The translations under genes were made by a program, and so were the position numbers. Positions 52,289-62,340 of a DNA stretch of 64,000 nt are shown in pieces (the stretch's first letter is position 1; each line of letters begins with the position of its first letter). The notes beneath the pieces are model-generated. The model saw only the letters and a program-made list of their open reading frames with translations, was not told where the DNA came from and did no database searches. Origin of the DNA: Nitrospirota bacterium (GTDB lineage: Bacteria > Nitrospirota > Nitrospiria > SBBL01 > JAADHI01); the NCBI GenBank assembly GCA_029261195.1, contig JAJDBU010000036.1:6087-70086 (forward strand). The letters run 5' to 3'.

Positions 52289-54751
52289 TCACCTCAATAA
52301 CTCCTCTAAGGCAGTTTGCCTCTCATTCGCTTCCTGATGGCGAATCGCCATTGAAAGTGCTCGACGGGTCCCGACGAAGACCGCGAGGGTTTTGGCTCGG
52401 GTTAGGCCTGTGTAGATGAGTTTTCTGTAGAGCATCTTGAAATGCTGTGTGAGGACGGGAATGATGACAGTTTTGAACTCACTTCCTTGTGATTTGTGGA
52501 TAGTGATGGCGTAGGCGAGGTCGAGTTCCATGATGTCTTCTTTTTTGTATTCCACTTCCCTTTCATCCGGGTAGAAGGAGACAATGCAGGTAAGATTTTC
52601 ATTGTCGATATTTTTGATCTTTCCGATGTCACCGTTAAAGACATTCAGGTCGTAGTTATTTCTTCGGTGAATGACTCGGTCTCCTTCTCTGAAAATCTTT
52701 TCTCCGACCTTGAGTTGATGTTTCCCTCCAGCGGGGGGATTGGCTTTTTCCTGGATGATGCTGTTCAGATTTGCGGTTCCGAGACTCCCTCTCGTCATTG
52801 GAGATAAGATCTGGATTTCTGTTGTATTGCCGTGATATTTCGGGATCCATTCCAGGTAGAGCTTTGTGACGATGTCGACGGCTGTGAGTCGGTAATGGAG
52901 TGATGACCAGGGGTGGATCTTTTTTATGAGGGTCTTTAAGGCTTCAACTCCGCTTTCAGTCTTGTTGAGTTTTTCCAGGTCGACATGTTCGTATTTCGGG
53001 GGAATGACAAATTCTTCTTCGTAGGCGGACGAAATCTCTTCTTCCGTCCTGAAGGCGAAGGGACTTTCTTTGCATGAGGCGATGGCTTCGAGTTCCGCTG
53101 TTTTCCAATCAAAAAGCCGTTTGACTCGACCGATGAATTTGATCTGATCCTGAGTCGCTTCGTCCGAATCAATGAAGAGGCAATCTTGTTTGTCGTGCCA
53201 GATAGAAGGACGTTTGAAGGGGGATTCTATCGGTGGGATCTTTCCGGTGTTGATCTGGTGGGCGTATTGGATGATGGCAGATTCCTGGGCCTGACGAAAA
53301 ACTTTTGTAAGTCGAAAACAGGGGACGGATTTTGACGCGATGATGTCGTTCAGAACATTTCCGGCCCCGACGGACGGAAGCTGGTCGGCATCCCCGATGA
53401 AAAGAACTTGGCAATGTTGTGGCACGGCCTTTAGAAGTGCGGCGCTGAGGCTGATGTCGAGCATGGAGCATTCGTCGACAATGAGGAAGTCAGCCTTTAA
53501 GGGAGAGGTGTCGTTCTTCTGGAACTCTCCGCCTCTCCATTCAAGCATCCGATGGATCGTCTTGGCCTCCCGCCCAATGACTTCGTGCATCCTCTGGGCC
53601 GCCCGTCCGGTCGGTGCGGCAAGAAGGACATCTTTTCCCATTGCTTCGAGTAGTCTGACGATGACTTTTGTCGTGGTGGTCTTCCCGCAACCGGGGCCTC
53701 CGGTCAGGATTGAAAATTGGTATGAGACGACACCCTCGACCGCTTCGGCCTGTTCATCACTCAATGAGATCGAGTTGTTTTTGCAGTAGCGGACAATCCA
53801 GTTGGAAATCCGGTCTTGATCGCCTGGGATAGCTCCTGTCATTTGCTGGAGCTTTTGCGCGACGCTTGTTTCATCGTAGTAGAGGCTTTTTGAGTAATAA
53901 CAACGGCACTCTTTCCCCTCTTGATCCAGGTCTCGGACCCGGAGCTGCCCCTCTTTCAGCATCGCTTCAAGATATTCCGTGAGCTGTGCGCCGAGATCGA
54001 TTTCGATGAGTTCTTTGACCTGGGTTTGGATCTGGTTTTCAGTGAGGTAACAATGACCCTGCTCCCGACTGGCAGAAAGGACATGCCGGATGGCGGCATT
54101 GATCCGTTGAATGCTGTCTCCGGCAAGACCGATGCTTAGGGCGATCTTATCAGCTGAGAAGAAGCCGATGCCGTAGATGTCGGTAGATAAACGGTAGGGG
54201 TCTTCCGTGACATTTTGGATGGCTTTGTCCCCGTACTTTTTATAGATTTTGACGGCAAAGAGGGTACTGATGCCGTGGCTCTGGAGGAACATCATGACTT
54301 CGAGGATGGCCCGGTGCTCCCGCCAGGCCTTCACAATCATGCTTAATTTCTTTTGAGCGATTCCGGGGACTTCTGTGAGGCGGTCAATCTCATGTTCAAA
54401 GATCTCAAGGGTATCTTTGGCGAAATGTTTGACGATCTTTTTTGCGGTCTTCGGGCCGACACCTTTGATCAAGCCGGATCCGAGATATTTTTCTATTGAG
54501 GCGGTCGTAGCGGGTTTCTTCTCAATGGCTTCGGTCGCTTTGAATTGGCGACCGAATTTCGGGTTAAAAGTCCAAGCGCCCTTAAATTCCATCGTCGCCC
54601 CGGCAAAGACTTTCGTCTGATGGACGGTGACGGTCTCCTGCTGCTCAGGTCGGTCGAAGGGATTGACCCGAAGGACGGACCAGGCATTCTCAGGGTTGTG
54701 GTAGGTGACGCGATTGACGATGCCGCAAAGTGTCTCAACGATGGTGGTCAT
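52289..54751 (-). CDS. recD2: RecD2-like SF1B DNA helicase (RecD/TraA family)
   Basis: 820 aa. The N-terminal OB-like region is followed by an HhH (LGSGLIKGVGPKTAKKIV, EVPGIAQKKL). Walker A is LTGGPGCGKTT, then AAPTGRAAQRM, and Walker B is LIVDECSML. The C-terminal YAITIHKSQGSEF and TRAK are present. Confidence 0.9.
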   Translation of the reverse strand: MTTIVETLCGIVNRVTYHNPENAWSVLRVNPFDRPEQQETVTVHQTKVFAGATMEFKGAWTFNPKFGRQFKATEAIEKKPATTASIEKYLGSGLIKGVGPKTAKKIVKHFAKDTLEIFEHEIDRLTEVPGIAQKKLSMIVKAWREHRAILEVMMFLQSHGISTLFAVKIYKKYGDKAIQNVTEDPYRLSTDIYGIGFFSADKIALSIGLAGDSIQRINAAIRHVLSASREQGHCYLTENQIQTQVKELIEIDLGAQLTEYLEAMLKEGQLRVRDLDQEGKECRCYYSKSLYYDETSVAQKLQQMTGAIPGDQDRISNWIVRYCKNNSISLSDEQAEAVEGVVSYQFSILTGGPGCGKTTTTKVIVRLLEAMGKDVLLAAPTGRAAQRMHEVIGREAKTIHRMLEWRGGEFQKNDTSPLKADFLIVDECSMLDISLSAALLKAVPQHCQVLFIGDADQLPSVGAGNVLNDIIASKSVPCFRLTKVFRQAQESAIIQYAHQINTGKIPPIESPFKRPSIWHDKQDCLFIDSDEATQDQIKFIGRVKRLFDWKTAELEAIASCKESPFAFRTEEEISSAYEEEFVIPPKYEHVDLEKLNKTESGVEALKTLIKKIHPWSSLHYRLTAVDIVTKLYLEWIPKYHGNTTEIQILSPMTRGSLGTANLNSIIQEKANPPAGGKHQLKVGEKIFREGDRVIHRRNNYDLNVFNGDIGKIKNIDNENLTCIVSFYPDEREVEYKKEDIMELDLAYAITIHKSQGSEFKTVIIPVLTQHFKMLYRKLIYTGLTRAKTLAVFVGTRRALSMAIRHQEANERQTALEELLR

Positions 54752-55102
54752 TTTGAAAAACAGCCTCTATTCAAATATTCCCAAAAAGACGAACTTAATA
54801 ATGTGTAAACGTCGCATGGCTTGAATACAACTCATTGCTTATTTTCGTTCATAATCTACGAAGTACATTGACCAATCAAGGATTAAGTAATCCAGTTTAG
54901 TCAATCCGGTATATCAATTTGTCTTCCATAAGAATCTCCAAAAACAACCTCCCATGCTTTCCTTGCTAAGGGGAGAAAGTAATTCGAGTTTCCTCCAATA
55001 AAACATTTTTTTTAATTGTCTGAATAGTGGCAAAATTATTGATTTTTTGGATGAACCCCCTTTTTTCTGTCCCCGGAAATCCAGAAAAAAGGCAAAAAAA
55101 AA

Positions 55103-55130
55103 GAGACCCCCAAATTCGTAAAGGGGTCTC
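55103..55130 (-). terminator. Rho-independent terminator downstream of the SNF2-like helicase (potentially bidirectional)
   Basis: The stem GAGACCCC/GGGGTCTC has a 12-nt loop. It is flanked by an A-run on one side and a T-run on the other, so a U-tract follows on either strand. It begins ~10 nt after the stop at 55139. Confidence 0.65.
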
Positions 55131-55138
55131 TCATTTTT

Positions 55139-58100
55139 TTATTCAGCAACAAGCATGTCAAAATAACTCGATAGCTTCATATTCTTTTCTGCAACATCTT
55201 CAATCTCCCGCTCCAAAGACTCAATGAGTAAAGAGACCGAAACCTCCTTTGCGTCCTTAAGCCAAATTGAATATTGCACCACGGCCTCCTCAATCGCCTT
55301 TTTACAAAAACCTTCGACGGTCTTGGCATTGAATATCGGCCTCGTATCAACAAAATGGAAGACTTCCCGATCGGTAAAGAGTCCCGGGAATGCGCGTTGA
55401 TGTGTCTGAGAAAAGAGAAAGGTGTTGAGCATGTATGCCTTCCCGTTTTGGATATCCGGGAAGCCCGATATCATCTGAGGCGAGATAATATCGAAGATCT
55501 TCACGTTCTCCCCAAGCCGACTCAAATGCCGTAGCACAGGAGCATCCGGCTGAGTTTTGTTCAAGACCTCTTCCATTGCTGCGATCTCTTTGTAATGCTG
55601 CGGAAAGAGCGGGCGAAGGCGTCCCGCCATCTGCATTCGTACCTCAGCATTGTCTAGCCCTTCGCTCATAAATCCGTACTGGGTATAAAACAAGTTGAAG
55701 CCTTTCAAGATCGATTTTGTGGTGGCGACCAGGGTCCGTCCCATGTTTTCACCCAAGCGATCAAAGGACTCCAGCAAGCGATACCGTTCCGACTTCTCCG
55801 TTTTGCCCGTCACGGAAAATTCTGCCTTTGTGGCAGAAAGCAAACTTTGTTGCGAGAAGCGATACCGGCAAGAGATGAGAAGTTGGACTTGATGAGATCT
55901 CGTGAGCTTCGACATCCGGCGCGCATAATTTTCGAAGCCAGCGCATCTTGAAATGAGCAAGCGAATCCGATCGAGATCCCCCTTTTCTATCTTCAGATTG
56001 ATCCCACCTTCCGCCAATAACACGGCCAGCCGATGTAGAATCCGGTCCGCAAACCGGAGGACCAGAGGAAAGTTCAAGGACTCGGACGCCTTGAAGATAA
56101 TCCCGTACTCAGCCAAGGCCTGCGCCAGATCGACATGCTCGGAACCGATATCATGGATGACTTCATTAAAACGTTGCGCCTCCAGTCCGATCCGGCCTTT
56201 CGCTTCATCTTGCAGGATCGCCAAAGTCTCACTGAGAAAGATAGGGTATTTTGCCAGGATAGAGGGCCGGAAGTGGATCAGTTCATCTTCTTCCGTCCCG
56301 ATTTTATTCAGATCATTTTTGAAGTGTTCAACAAGCTCATTAAAGGTCTGCTTGCCTTGCCTGAGACCCAATGCCACGCCCAGGGTTTCCAGGATCATGG
56401 CCCGTTTTTTCTCAATCTCTTCCTCCTCTTGTTCTATCCTGCCGCGCAGATGGTCTTGTGATCGATTCTCCAACAAATTCAGCAACTCGAAATAACGCAC
56501 CGGCGCAAAAAACTGAGCCAGTTCCTCAATCAGACGATTGCCGAGGATCTCTCCTTCGGATAGTTCCTCCAGTATACCGATCAAGGCCGCTTTCTGATCC
56601 AGTCGCGCCGCCAGATAGGCATGGGACTCTGTCTCTTCCACAATCTGAAATCCCTTGTGTACCTTCCGTGTCACCTCCTCTTGCTTCGGGATCAGTGGCA
56701 CGCCATGCATGAAAGCGTAAGTGGCGAGAAATTCCATACGGAGTTTTCTGCATTCGCCTTCCACCTCTTTTTTCACTACCCACCAGGTCCGGTTATAGGA
56801 ACGCACTTTCCTGACCATGTTGACGAACATCGTCAGGTTCAGGAATTGTCGGATCTTCTCCAAGACCTCCAGGTTGGTCACTGCCTCAAGCAGGTTCGGC
56901 TGGAGTTGCTTGGCGTTCATCTGGAAATGGACCTCTTCTTCGGCATTCAATGCGCGATCATAAGTCAAAGCCGAAGTCATGGATTTGAGCAAAAGCAGAC
57001 AAGGAATTAAGGTGTCCAGATCCCTCGATCCGGGATGAACCAGGGGTTTCTCCAAGCCGATGAGGGGACGAACCGGCTCTTCTATCGGCTGGATGATCCG
57101 TGTATGACCAACTCCCAGTTTTGCCATGATATCGACTAAGGTCGCCTGAATTTCTTTGCCGTCTCGGTTTTGACCCAGCCAGGGGGTAATCGGAAAAAGA
57201 CCGGCATTAAAAGCCGCGTGGTAATAACAGGCCAAGACAGCGCCGGCACAGTCGGTATAGATCAGCTCATGCATTGCTTTTTCCGTCGGGTTTTTATCCG
57301 CATCGTCGACCCTGCTCGATCCGTCTTTTGAGGTTTCAAGAAGATTGAAATCGATCAGCACGCCAGTCCGTGAACTGCTGGTTCTTAAGAGGTTCAACAG
57401 CCGATGTAATGTCAGGCTGTTTCTGTCGTAAATGCGGTCTTGAAATGCGCTCAACACCGACTGCATATGATGGGCAATTTTGGGATAGGCGTAGAGAAAT
57501 GCACCGACATTGATTTGATTGGTCGACAGCAGGTAAAGAAAATCACCGGTATCGTTATTCACCGGGGTGGCCGACAGTCTGTAGTCGACCCGAAGGACTC
57601 TCTTCTTTTTCAGATAGCCATAGAGGGTTTCCATCGCAGAAGAGATGCCGCTCTCTCCATTTTTCATGAAAGAAGATTCGTCTGCGACGATCATGAAGTG
57701 AAATCCCCTGCGAACAAGAATCTCCAAGGATTGGATAATGTCCTGTTTTTTCTTTAATCCGACCTCATGCCGACTCAAGACAACACAATCGCCATCCTGG
57801 AGTTTTAGGGAAGAGAGGTTTTTTATCCGGACATGATGCAGCTTCTCTTCCGGAACCCCGATCTCAATCATCGACTTGATCACATTCTCAACCAGGTTGG
57901 CCTCCGTCAGGTACAGGGTGATGATCCCGGGAACGATCTTCCCGCGTTCCGATTCCGCCTTTGCGATGATTTCAGTAAACATCTTCAGGAAGATCGGCGT
58001 CGTATAGGTCTTTCCTGCACCGACCTGGGCAAAGTTGTTTAATCTGAAAAAATCTTTCGGATGCCGTCTTTTTGAGAGAAAGGATTGCAGGCCCAGATAG

Positions 58101-58978
58101 GCGTAAAAAAGTGCCTTCTCCTGCATCGCGGTCGGAGATCCAGCGAAACCAAAGGAGATCTCCTTGATAAAACTCTGGAATGTAACAAAGCACTCCAAGT
58201 GAATCTCCGAGCCAGAGCCTGATTCACTCAACATCTCCTTCTCAAGGCTTTTGGCCTGTATGGAGACAAAGGTCGATAAAGAAGCCCAGGAGGCAATTGA
58301 AGAGACGAACATGTTGTCGCATAAATCGGCAAGTTCCTGATATTGCGCCAAGGCTTCTCCTAATTCGAGGCCTGTGCTGCCTCGATTTTTCAAAACGGAC
58401 AAGTGATCGACGATCCTGCCGTTCTCTATCTCGCACTCAGCAATGATCAATCCGATCTCAGTGAGAATTCTCCCCAACTTAGTGTTGTCCGGGATGGTCG
58501 TATAGAGGCATTTAAAGAATCGATAATCACATAGAAAAGGATTCTCCTTTTCTTTTTTTCCTTCCTCTTCTGTGGTATCAATGTGTGCCACCTCTTCCTC
58601 CTGGTGATAGCAGCATTCCAGCTCCCGCAGTCTCCCCATCAAATGCTTCAAGGGCGTGATCCTTTTTTCGAAGCGGTCCATAAATACTTCTCTGAACTTC
58701 CGGGCATATGGCAGCAGGAACAATCCGTCGTCATGCTCTGCAACCCTGATCACCGGAGGATTTCTTCTGCTCTCTTTCTTCGGAAATGAGAGCTTGGTCA
58801 CTGGAACTTCCGGAATATGAATGGTTTGAATCGGATCAATCGGCCGCAATTGTCCGATCTCGTCTTCAATCTCTGCTGCCACAATCTCAGGGGAATGGGA
58901 AAAGGATGTAATCCTCTGATGGAAATCACGAAGCTGATCCAGCCTTGTTTGTAAGGTCTTTGATAAAAGTTCGTTCAT
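55139..58978 (-). CDS. 1279-aa SNF2/DEAD-like SF2 helicase-family protein
   Basis: Motif I is FAQVGAGKTYTTP, motif II MIVADESSFMKN, motif III YRLSATPVNN and motif VI-like QMAGRLRP near the C-terminus. There are long insertions between the two RecA-like halves. Confidence 0.65.
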   Translation of the reverse strand: MNELLSKTLQTRLDQLRDFHQRITSFSHSPEIVAAEIEDEIGQLRPIDPIQTIHIPEVPVTKLSFPKKESRRNPPVIRVAEHDDGLFLLPYARKFREVFMDRFEKRITPLKHLMGRLRELECCYHQEEEVAHIDTTEEEGKKEKENPFLCDYRFFKCLYTTIPDNTKLGRILTEIGLIIAECEIENGRIVDHLSVLKNRGSTGLELGEALAQYQELADLCDNMFVSSIASWASLSTFVSIQAKSLEKEMLSESGSGSEIHLECFVTFQSFIKEISFGFAGSPTAMQEKALFYAYLGLQSFLSKRRHPKDFFRLNNFAQVGAGKTYTTPIFLKMFTEIIAKAESERGKIVPGIITLYLTEANLVENVIKSMIEIGVPEEKLHHVRIKNLSSLKLQDGDCVVLSRHEVGLKKKQDIIQSLEILVRRGFHFMIVADESSFMKNGESGISSAMETLYGYLKKKRVLRVDYRLSATPVNNDTGDFLYLLSTNQINVGAFLYAYPKIAHHMQSVLSAFQDRIYDRNSLTLHRLLNLLRTSSSRTGVLIDFNLLETSKDGSSRVDDADKNPTEKAMHELIYTDCAGAVLACYYHAAFNAGLFPITPWLGQNRDGKEIQATLVDIMAKLGVGHTRIIQPIEEPVRPLIGLEKPLVHPGSRDLDTLIPCLLLLKSMTSALTYDRALNAEEEVHFQMNAKQLQPNLLEAVTNLEVLEKIRQFLNLTMFVNMVRKVRSYNRTWWVVKKEVEGECRKLRMEFLATYAFMHGVPLIPKQEEVTRKVHKGFQIVEETESHAYLAARLDQKAALIGILEELSEGEILGNRLIEELAQFFAPVRYFELLNLLENRSQDHLRGRIEQEEEEIEKKRAMILETLGVALGLRQGKQTFNELVEHFKNDLNKIGTEEDELIHFRPSILAKYPIFLSETLAILQDEAKGRIGLEAQRFNEVIHDIGSEHVDLAQALAEYGIIFKASESLNFPLVLRFADRILHRLAVLLAEGGINLKIEKGDLDRIRLLISRCAGFENYARRMSKLTRSHQVQLLISCRYRFSQQSLLSATKAEFSVTGKTEKSERYRLLESFDRLGENMGRTLVATTKSILKGFNLFYTQYGFMSEGLDNAEVRMQMAGRLRPLFPQHYKEIAAMEEVLNKTQPDAPVLRHLSRLGENVKIFDIISPQMISGFPDIQNGKAYMLNTFLFSQTHQRAFPGLFTDREVFHFVDTRPIFNAKTVEGFCKKAIEEAVVQYSIWLKDAKEVSVSLLIESLEREIEDVAEKNMKLSSYFDMLVAE

Positions 58979-59012
58979 CGCATCTCCTATCTTGATTTGG
59001 ATTTAAAATAGA

Positions 59013-59048
59013 AAGGCCCGACTTTCCATCTCGGGGAAGTCGGGCCTT
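59013..59048 (-). terminator. Rho-independent terminator after the PRTRC ThiF gene
   Basis: A perfect 12-bp stem AAGGCCCGACTT/AAGTCGGGCCTT with a 12-nt loop. On the minus strand it is followed by TTCTATTTTAAAT. It lies between the ThiF stop (59078) and the helicase start (58978). Confidence 0.6.
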
Positions 59049-59077
59049 CAAAACACTTCATTCTGCTTTGTCTTCTG

Positions 59078-59893
59078 TTACGCCGCTTTCTTTTTCTCAG
59101 GCGTTTTCTTCCTTGGTTTTCTGACTCCGTATCCGAAGCGTCTCCAAGCCTTTGGATCAATCGCCAATACGGTTGTACTCCTCGGTTCAAGGCTGATGTA
59201 AGCCGCCGAATATTCGAGGTAGCCGTAACGCAAGGCCTTCCAGAGCATCTCGGCGGCCTCTATGGCAACCAGGGGATTGATAAAGAGATCCTGTTGTTCG
59301 ATGGCCTCAGCCAGAGAACAGGAAGGCCCCTGGTCGTCGTCTTCTCCCTCAGCCAACTCCGGATAGAGATCAAGAACGGTCGGAAGCCGATTGATCGTCT
59401 TGACTCCGGGTGTTGTAGGTTGTTGTGTTTTACCAGTGGACCCGAAGACGACCTGTCCCTGACGTTGCATATTCCCGCAATCCATCCAATACGGATGATG
59501 GTAAGTTCGCCGAAGTGCGCGGCCGATCATGACTCTTGACCTTGCGGTATCCACCGCAGTAATCACGAGTTTAGGAGAACTCGAATAGCTGACCGGGTAG
59601 GCGACCGGATGTCCTTCCCAATCGAAACCGGTGCATTGATTGATTCGAGTGACCAAGACCGACACTTTCGGCAAGCCGATATCCGGTTCATAAAACATCT
59701 GCCTGCCGACATTGGCTGCGCTGACGAGATCAGGGTCGTACATCACGACATGGAGACCCGGATGGCCCAAAGCCAGAAGCGTCGTATTGAGTTGAACAAG
59801 TCGGGTCGCGAGGTGGCTTCCGGTCCCGCCGCAACCGACCAGATGGATAAGGGTCGGTCTTGTACCGGTCAAGGATCTGAGATAATGCCGCAT
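59078..59893 (-). CDS. ThiF/E1-like adenylyltransferase (PRTRC-system ThiF family)
   Basis: 271 aa. The Rossmann motif LIHLVGCGGTGSHLATRL is present. It is the last gene of the ParB-linked cassette. Confidence 0.8.
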   Translation of the reverse strand: MRHYLRSLTGTRPTLIHLVGCGGTGSHLATRLVQLNTTLLALGHPGLHVVMYDPDLVSAANVGRQMFYEPDIGLPKVSVLVTRINQCTGFDWEGHPVAYPVSYSSSPKLVITAVDTARSRVMIGRALRRTYHHPYWMDCGNMQRQGQVVFGSTGKTQQPTTPGVKTINRLPTVLDLYPELAEGEDDDQGPSCSLAEAIEQQDLFINPLVAIEAAEMLWKALRYGYLEYSAAYISLEPRSTTVLAIDPKAWRRFGYGVRKPRKKTPEKKKAA

Positions 59894-60534
59894 GTCATCT
59901 CCTTACCAGAAGACTTCCAGAGACTGATGTTCTCAGAATCCTCAAAGAAAAACCCGGACAGACAGAGGCGGATCGCCGTGTCGAGTTCGGCCAAGGCACG
60001 GCCCTTTGCACAATTCCCTATTACCAGAGAGAAGTGAGCTGTCCCCTGATCTGATCGATTATCCGTTTCGGAAAAGAAGGCAGGTCCCCGGCCATGGCTG
60101 TGCATGTCCAGGACGAGGGAAGTTTCCGGGGCAAGCTCCGGCCATCGAAACATCACAGAGCCCACGTTTTGCACAAGAAGGTCAAGTTCCAGATATTGCC
60201 AGCCTTCATCAGCACTCCAGATAATCCATGCGGCCGTTTCAAGCCCCTCTTGTCCCGATTCATTCGCCTGCGCCACAAATCGTTCCAGAAATCGGATCGG
60301 AATAGCACCACTCAAAAGTGCTGTCTTTTCCTCGACGGATCCATAGGGAAGCGGACGCGGACTCTCAAAGATCCTTTTGATCAATACACCCCATGCCGTT
60401 TTCGCCTCGATCCACAGGCCGTCGTCTGCTATCAGTAAGCGGGAGCGGTTTTTTTGAAGTTCCGGTAACGATTCAAACTGCGGAACCATGAGGGTCGGAA
60501 GGTGGTTTTGAAGCAGGATGTCTTTTCGGTTCAT
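59869..60534 (-). CDS. JAB/MPN metalloprotease-domain protein (PRTRC protein A-type; letter assignment tentative)
   Basis: 221 aa. It carries an exact JAMM motif H-x-H-x7-S-x2-D in LDMHSHGRGPAFFSETDNRSD. Confidence 0.75.
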   Translation of the reverse strand: MNRKDILLQNHLPTLMVPQFESLPELQKNRSRLLIADDGLWIEAKTAWGVLIKRIFESPRPLPYGSVEEKTALLSGAIPIRFLERFVAQANESGQEGLETAAWIIWSADEGWQYLELDLLVQNVGSVMFRWPELAPETSLVLDMHSHGRGPAFFSETDNRSDQGTAHFSLVIGNCAKGRALAELDTAIRLCLSGFFFEDSENISLWKSSGKEMTCGIISDP

Positions 60535-61243
60535 AAAGATTCCTTTCGATCAAAAGCTGACGCAAGGTCTTTCCGGCAGGTTTGATCAAGTGATAGGGAA
60601 AGCGTTTTCTTTTTCCCGAGAGCAGGGCCTGCCAGAATTGCTCAAGCGTGCCCTTGATCAAGAAATCCCGATCATCGACGTTGGGATGCGTGAATGCGCT
60701 GTTGTAAAAGCTTTCCGCCCAAGCTGTAATATCGCAAGGCCGACAGCCTGCGGGCATCTTCGTCTGTCCGGTGCAGACGCTATGATCTTGATAGACATTC
60801 AGGAAAGGGGGGCATAGTAGAGTCGTATCAAGGTCGGGGCGTTTGTCGCCTTTTACAACATAGATCAAAAGTTTTGAAGGTTCTGCAAGCATGACCATGG
60901 ATGGCCACAGAACAATGCCGCTCGTTAATCCCGTTCTAAGCCCGAAATAGATCGGTCTTCGCACGGAAGGGCGAAAGAAGATCAACGGGCCATTGTCTCC
61001 GGAACCGTAGGCCAGAAGAGAGAGATCAACCCACCCGAGGCGGAAGATCAGTGAGGGAAGAACGCACTTGCATAGTTCCTCAAGCGCTCTTTTAGAAACG
61101 GATCGTCCAGCTTCCAGTTGGGGAACCCCTTTGGCATCGGTCCTCACCGGATGAATCTGCCAGTAATGGACGGCGCCGCCATAGGTATCTGAATCGGCGT
61201 AGCATAGGAGCGCCGTTTTTAATTCAAGTGTCTCCACCATCAT
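60473..61243 (-). CDS. PRTRC protein B-type; possible E2/UBC-like component
   Basis: 256 aa. The assignment rests on its position in the cassette. The segment LLCPPFLNVYQDHSVCTG plus a downstream HPN tripeptide is described under findings. Confidence 0.5.
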   Translation of the reverse strand: MMVETLELKTALLCYADSDTYGGAVHYWQIHPVRTDAKGVPQLEAGRSVSKRALEELCKCVLPSLIFRLGWVDLSLLAYGSGDNGPLIFFRPSVRRPIYFGLRTGLTSGIVLWPSMVMLAEPSKLLIYVVKGDKRPDLDTTLLCPPFLNVYQDHSVCTGQTKMPAGCRPCDITAWAESFYNSAFTHPNVDDRDFLIKGTLEQFWQALLSGKRKRFPYHLIKPAGKTLRQLLIERNLYEPKRHPASKPPSDPHGSAV

Positions 61244-61245
61244 AT

Positions 61246-62340
61246 TTATTCTCCCTCCTTCTTTTCTGCTTGGGGCGGATTAGTAAGACGGGCACCCTCA
61301 TAAAAGAGATCGAACCATTCGGAAGACCGCTTCAGCAGACGAACACTTTCGCCCACCTGTTCCGCATTGTTGAACGGCAGGATTGAGAAGGGCTCGCTTC
61401 CCCCTTGATATTCTGAGTCCAGCATTTCAGAGAAATACTCGGTTAAAGGATCTCTTGGAGACCAGAGAAGGGGCGTAAGATAACCCGGATCGAGAAGGCA
61501 GGCATCCGGGAGGAGGTCGTAAGCCGGGAAATAAGGCATCGGGTTTTCCCAAGTCAGGCTGGTATCGAAAACCGCTCTCGCCCAGTGCCACCATGGATGT
61601 GTCCATGCGGATGCCGGAGGGCATCCAGGAAACGCAGGAAAGCGCGGTCGTTCTTTCATCCGGAGAAGGAAGCGGTAGTCTTTTGGAATGTGATTCTCAA
61701 TCCAATTCAGTTCGTTTTTGATCGCTGCTCTTTCATCGGCTTCCAGACCGGCATCGTTTATTTGTTCTTCACTCCAATCCTGGTATTGTTCAAAACAATC
61801 GTCGTAGGTATAGGTATTTCTGAACCAGCAGAGCATCTTGAGGGCTGCGATGACTACGCCCTCCAAGCTTTTATCCGACTCCCCGATCTTCGGCAGAATG
61901 TCGCAGAAGATGACATCGACATCATACGGATGATGGATCATCAGGCAGATGCCATTTGGCTCACCGGCATCCCCGAGCTTCTCAAGCGTTAGAGTGCCGC
62001 CGGATACTCCCACCATCTTGGATTCCAATTTTGAGAGGAGACTTTCGATCCATGAAACAAGCGCCGCCTTGATCCGGTCCGGATCGGTATTGGAAGCCCA
62101 GGGACCGGGGGGCACAATCTCCTCATCTTTTATGATTTGAGAAATCCAGAGACCGATCTGAGCAAGTTTGCCGTTGTCGATGCCGACGTTCACATGGTCA
62201 AGCCTGGAAGGAATCCCTTCTAATACGGGGAGCGCGATCAATGCAGAAGTGGAAGTCTCTCGCTTGGCAGAACGACCTCTCCTGTCTGCCCGTTTTGATT
62301 TTGTCCGCCGAATAGTTGTGTCAGCAGTCTGTGTGGACAT
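61246..62340 (-). CDS. PRTRC protein F-type (uncharacterised, 364 aa)
   Basis: A strong RBS (AAGGAGG) lies 6 nt upstream of the ATG. It has a basic N-terminus. I recognise no motif, so the assignment rests on cassette position. Confidence 0.5.
   Translation of the reverse strand: MSTQTADTTIRRTKSKRADRRGRSAKRETSTSALIALPVLEGIPSRLDHVNVGIDNGKLAQIGLWISQIIKDEEIVPPGPWASNTDPDRIKAALVSWIESLLSKLESKMVGVSGGTLTLEKLGDAGEPNGICLMIHHPYDVDVIFCDILPKIGESDKSLEGVVIAALKMLCWFRNTYTYDDCFEQYQDWSEEQINDAGLEADERAAIKNELNWIENHIPKDYRFLLRMKERPRFPAFPGCPPASAWTHPWWHWARAVFDTSLTWENPMPYFPAYDLLPDACLLDPGYLTPLLWSPRDPLTEYFSEMLDSEYQGGSEPFSILPFNNAEQVGESVRLLKRSSEWFDLFYEGARLTNPPQAEKKEGE

Noticed and set aside
55953-57010. Several 100-180-aa plus-strand ORFs (55953..56495, 56135..56461, 56371..56712, 56621..57010) opposite the SNF2-like helicase, and similar ones opposite recD2 (53340..53789).
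   Set aside because: They are antisense to long genes with ordered helicase motifs. Their Arg/Ser/Pro-rich sequences suggest non-coding frames.
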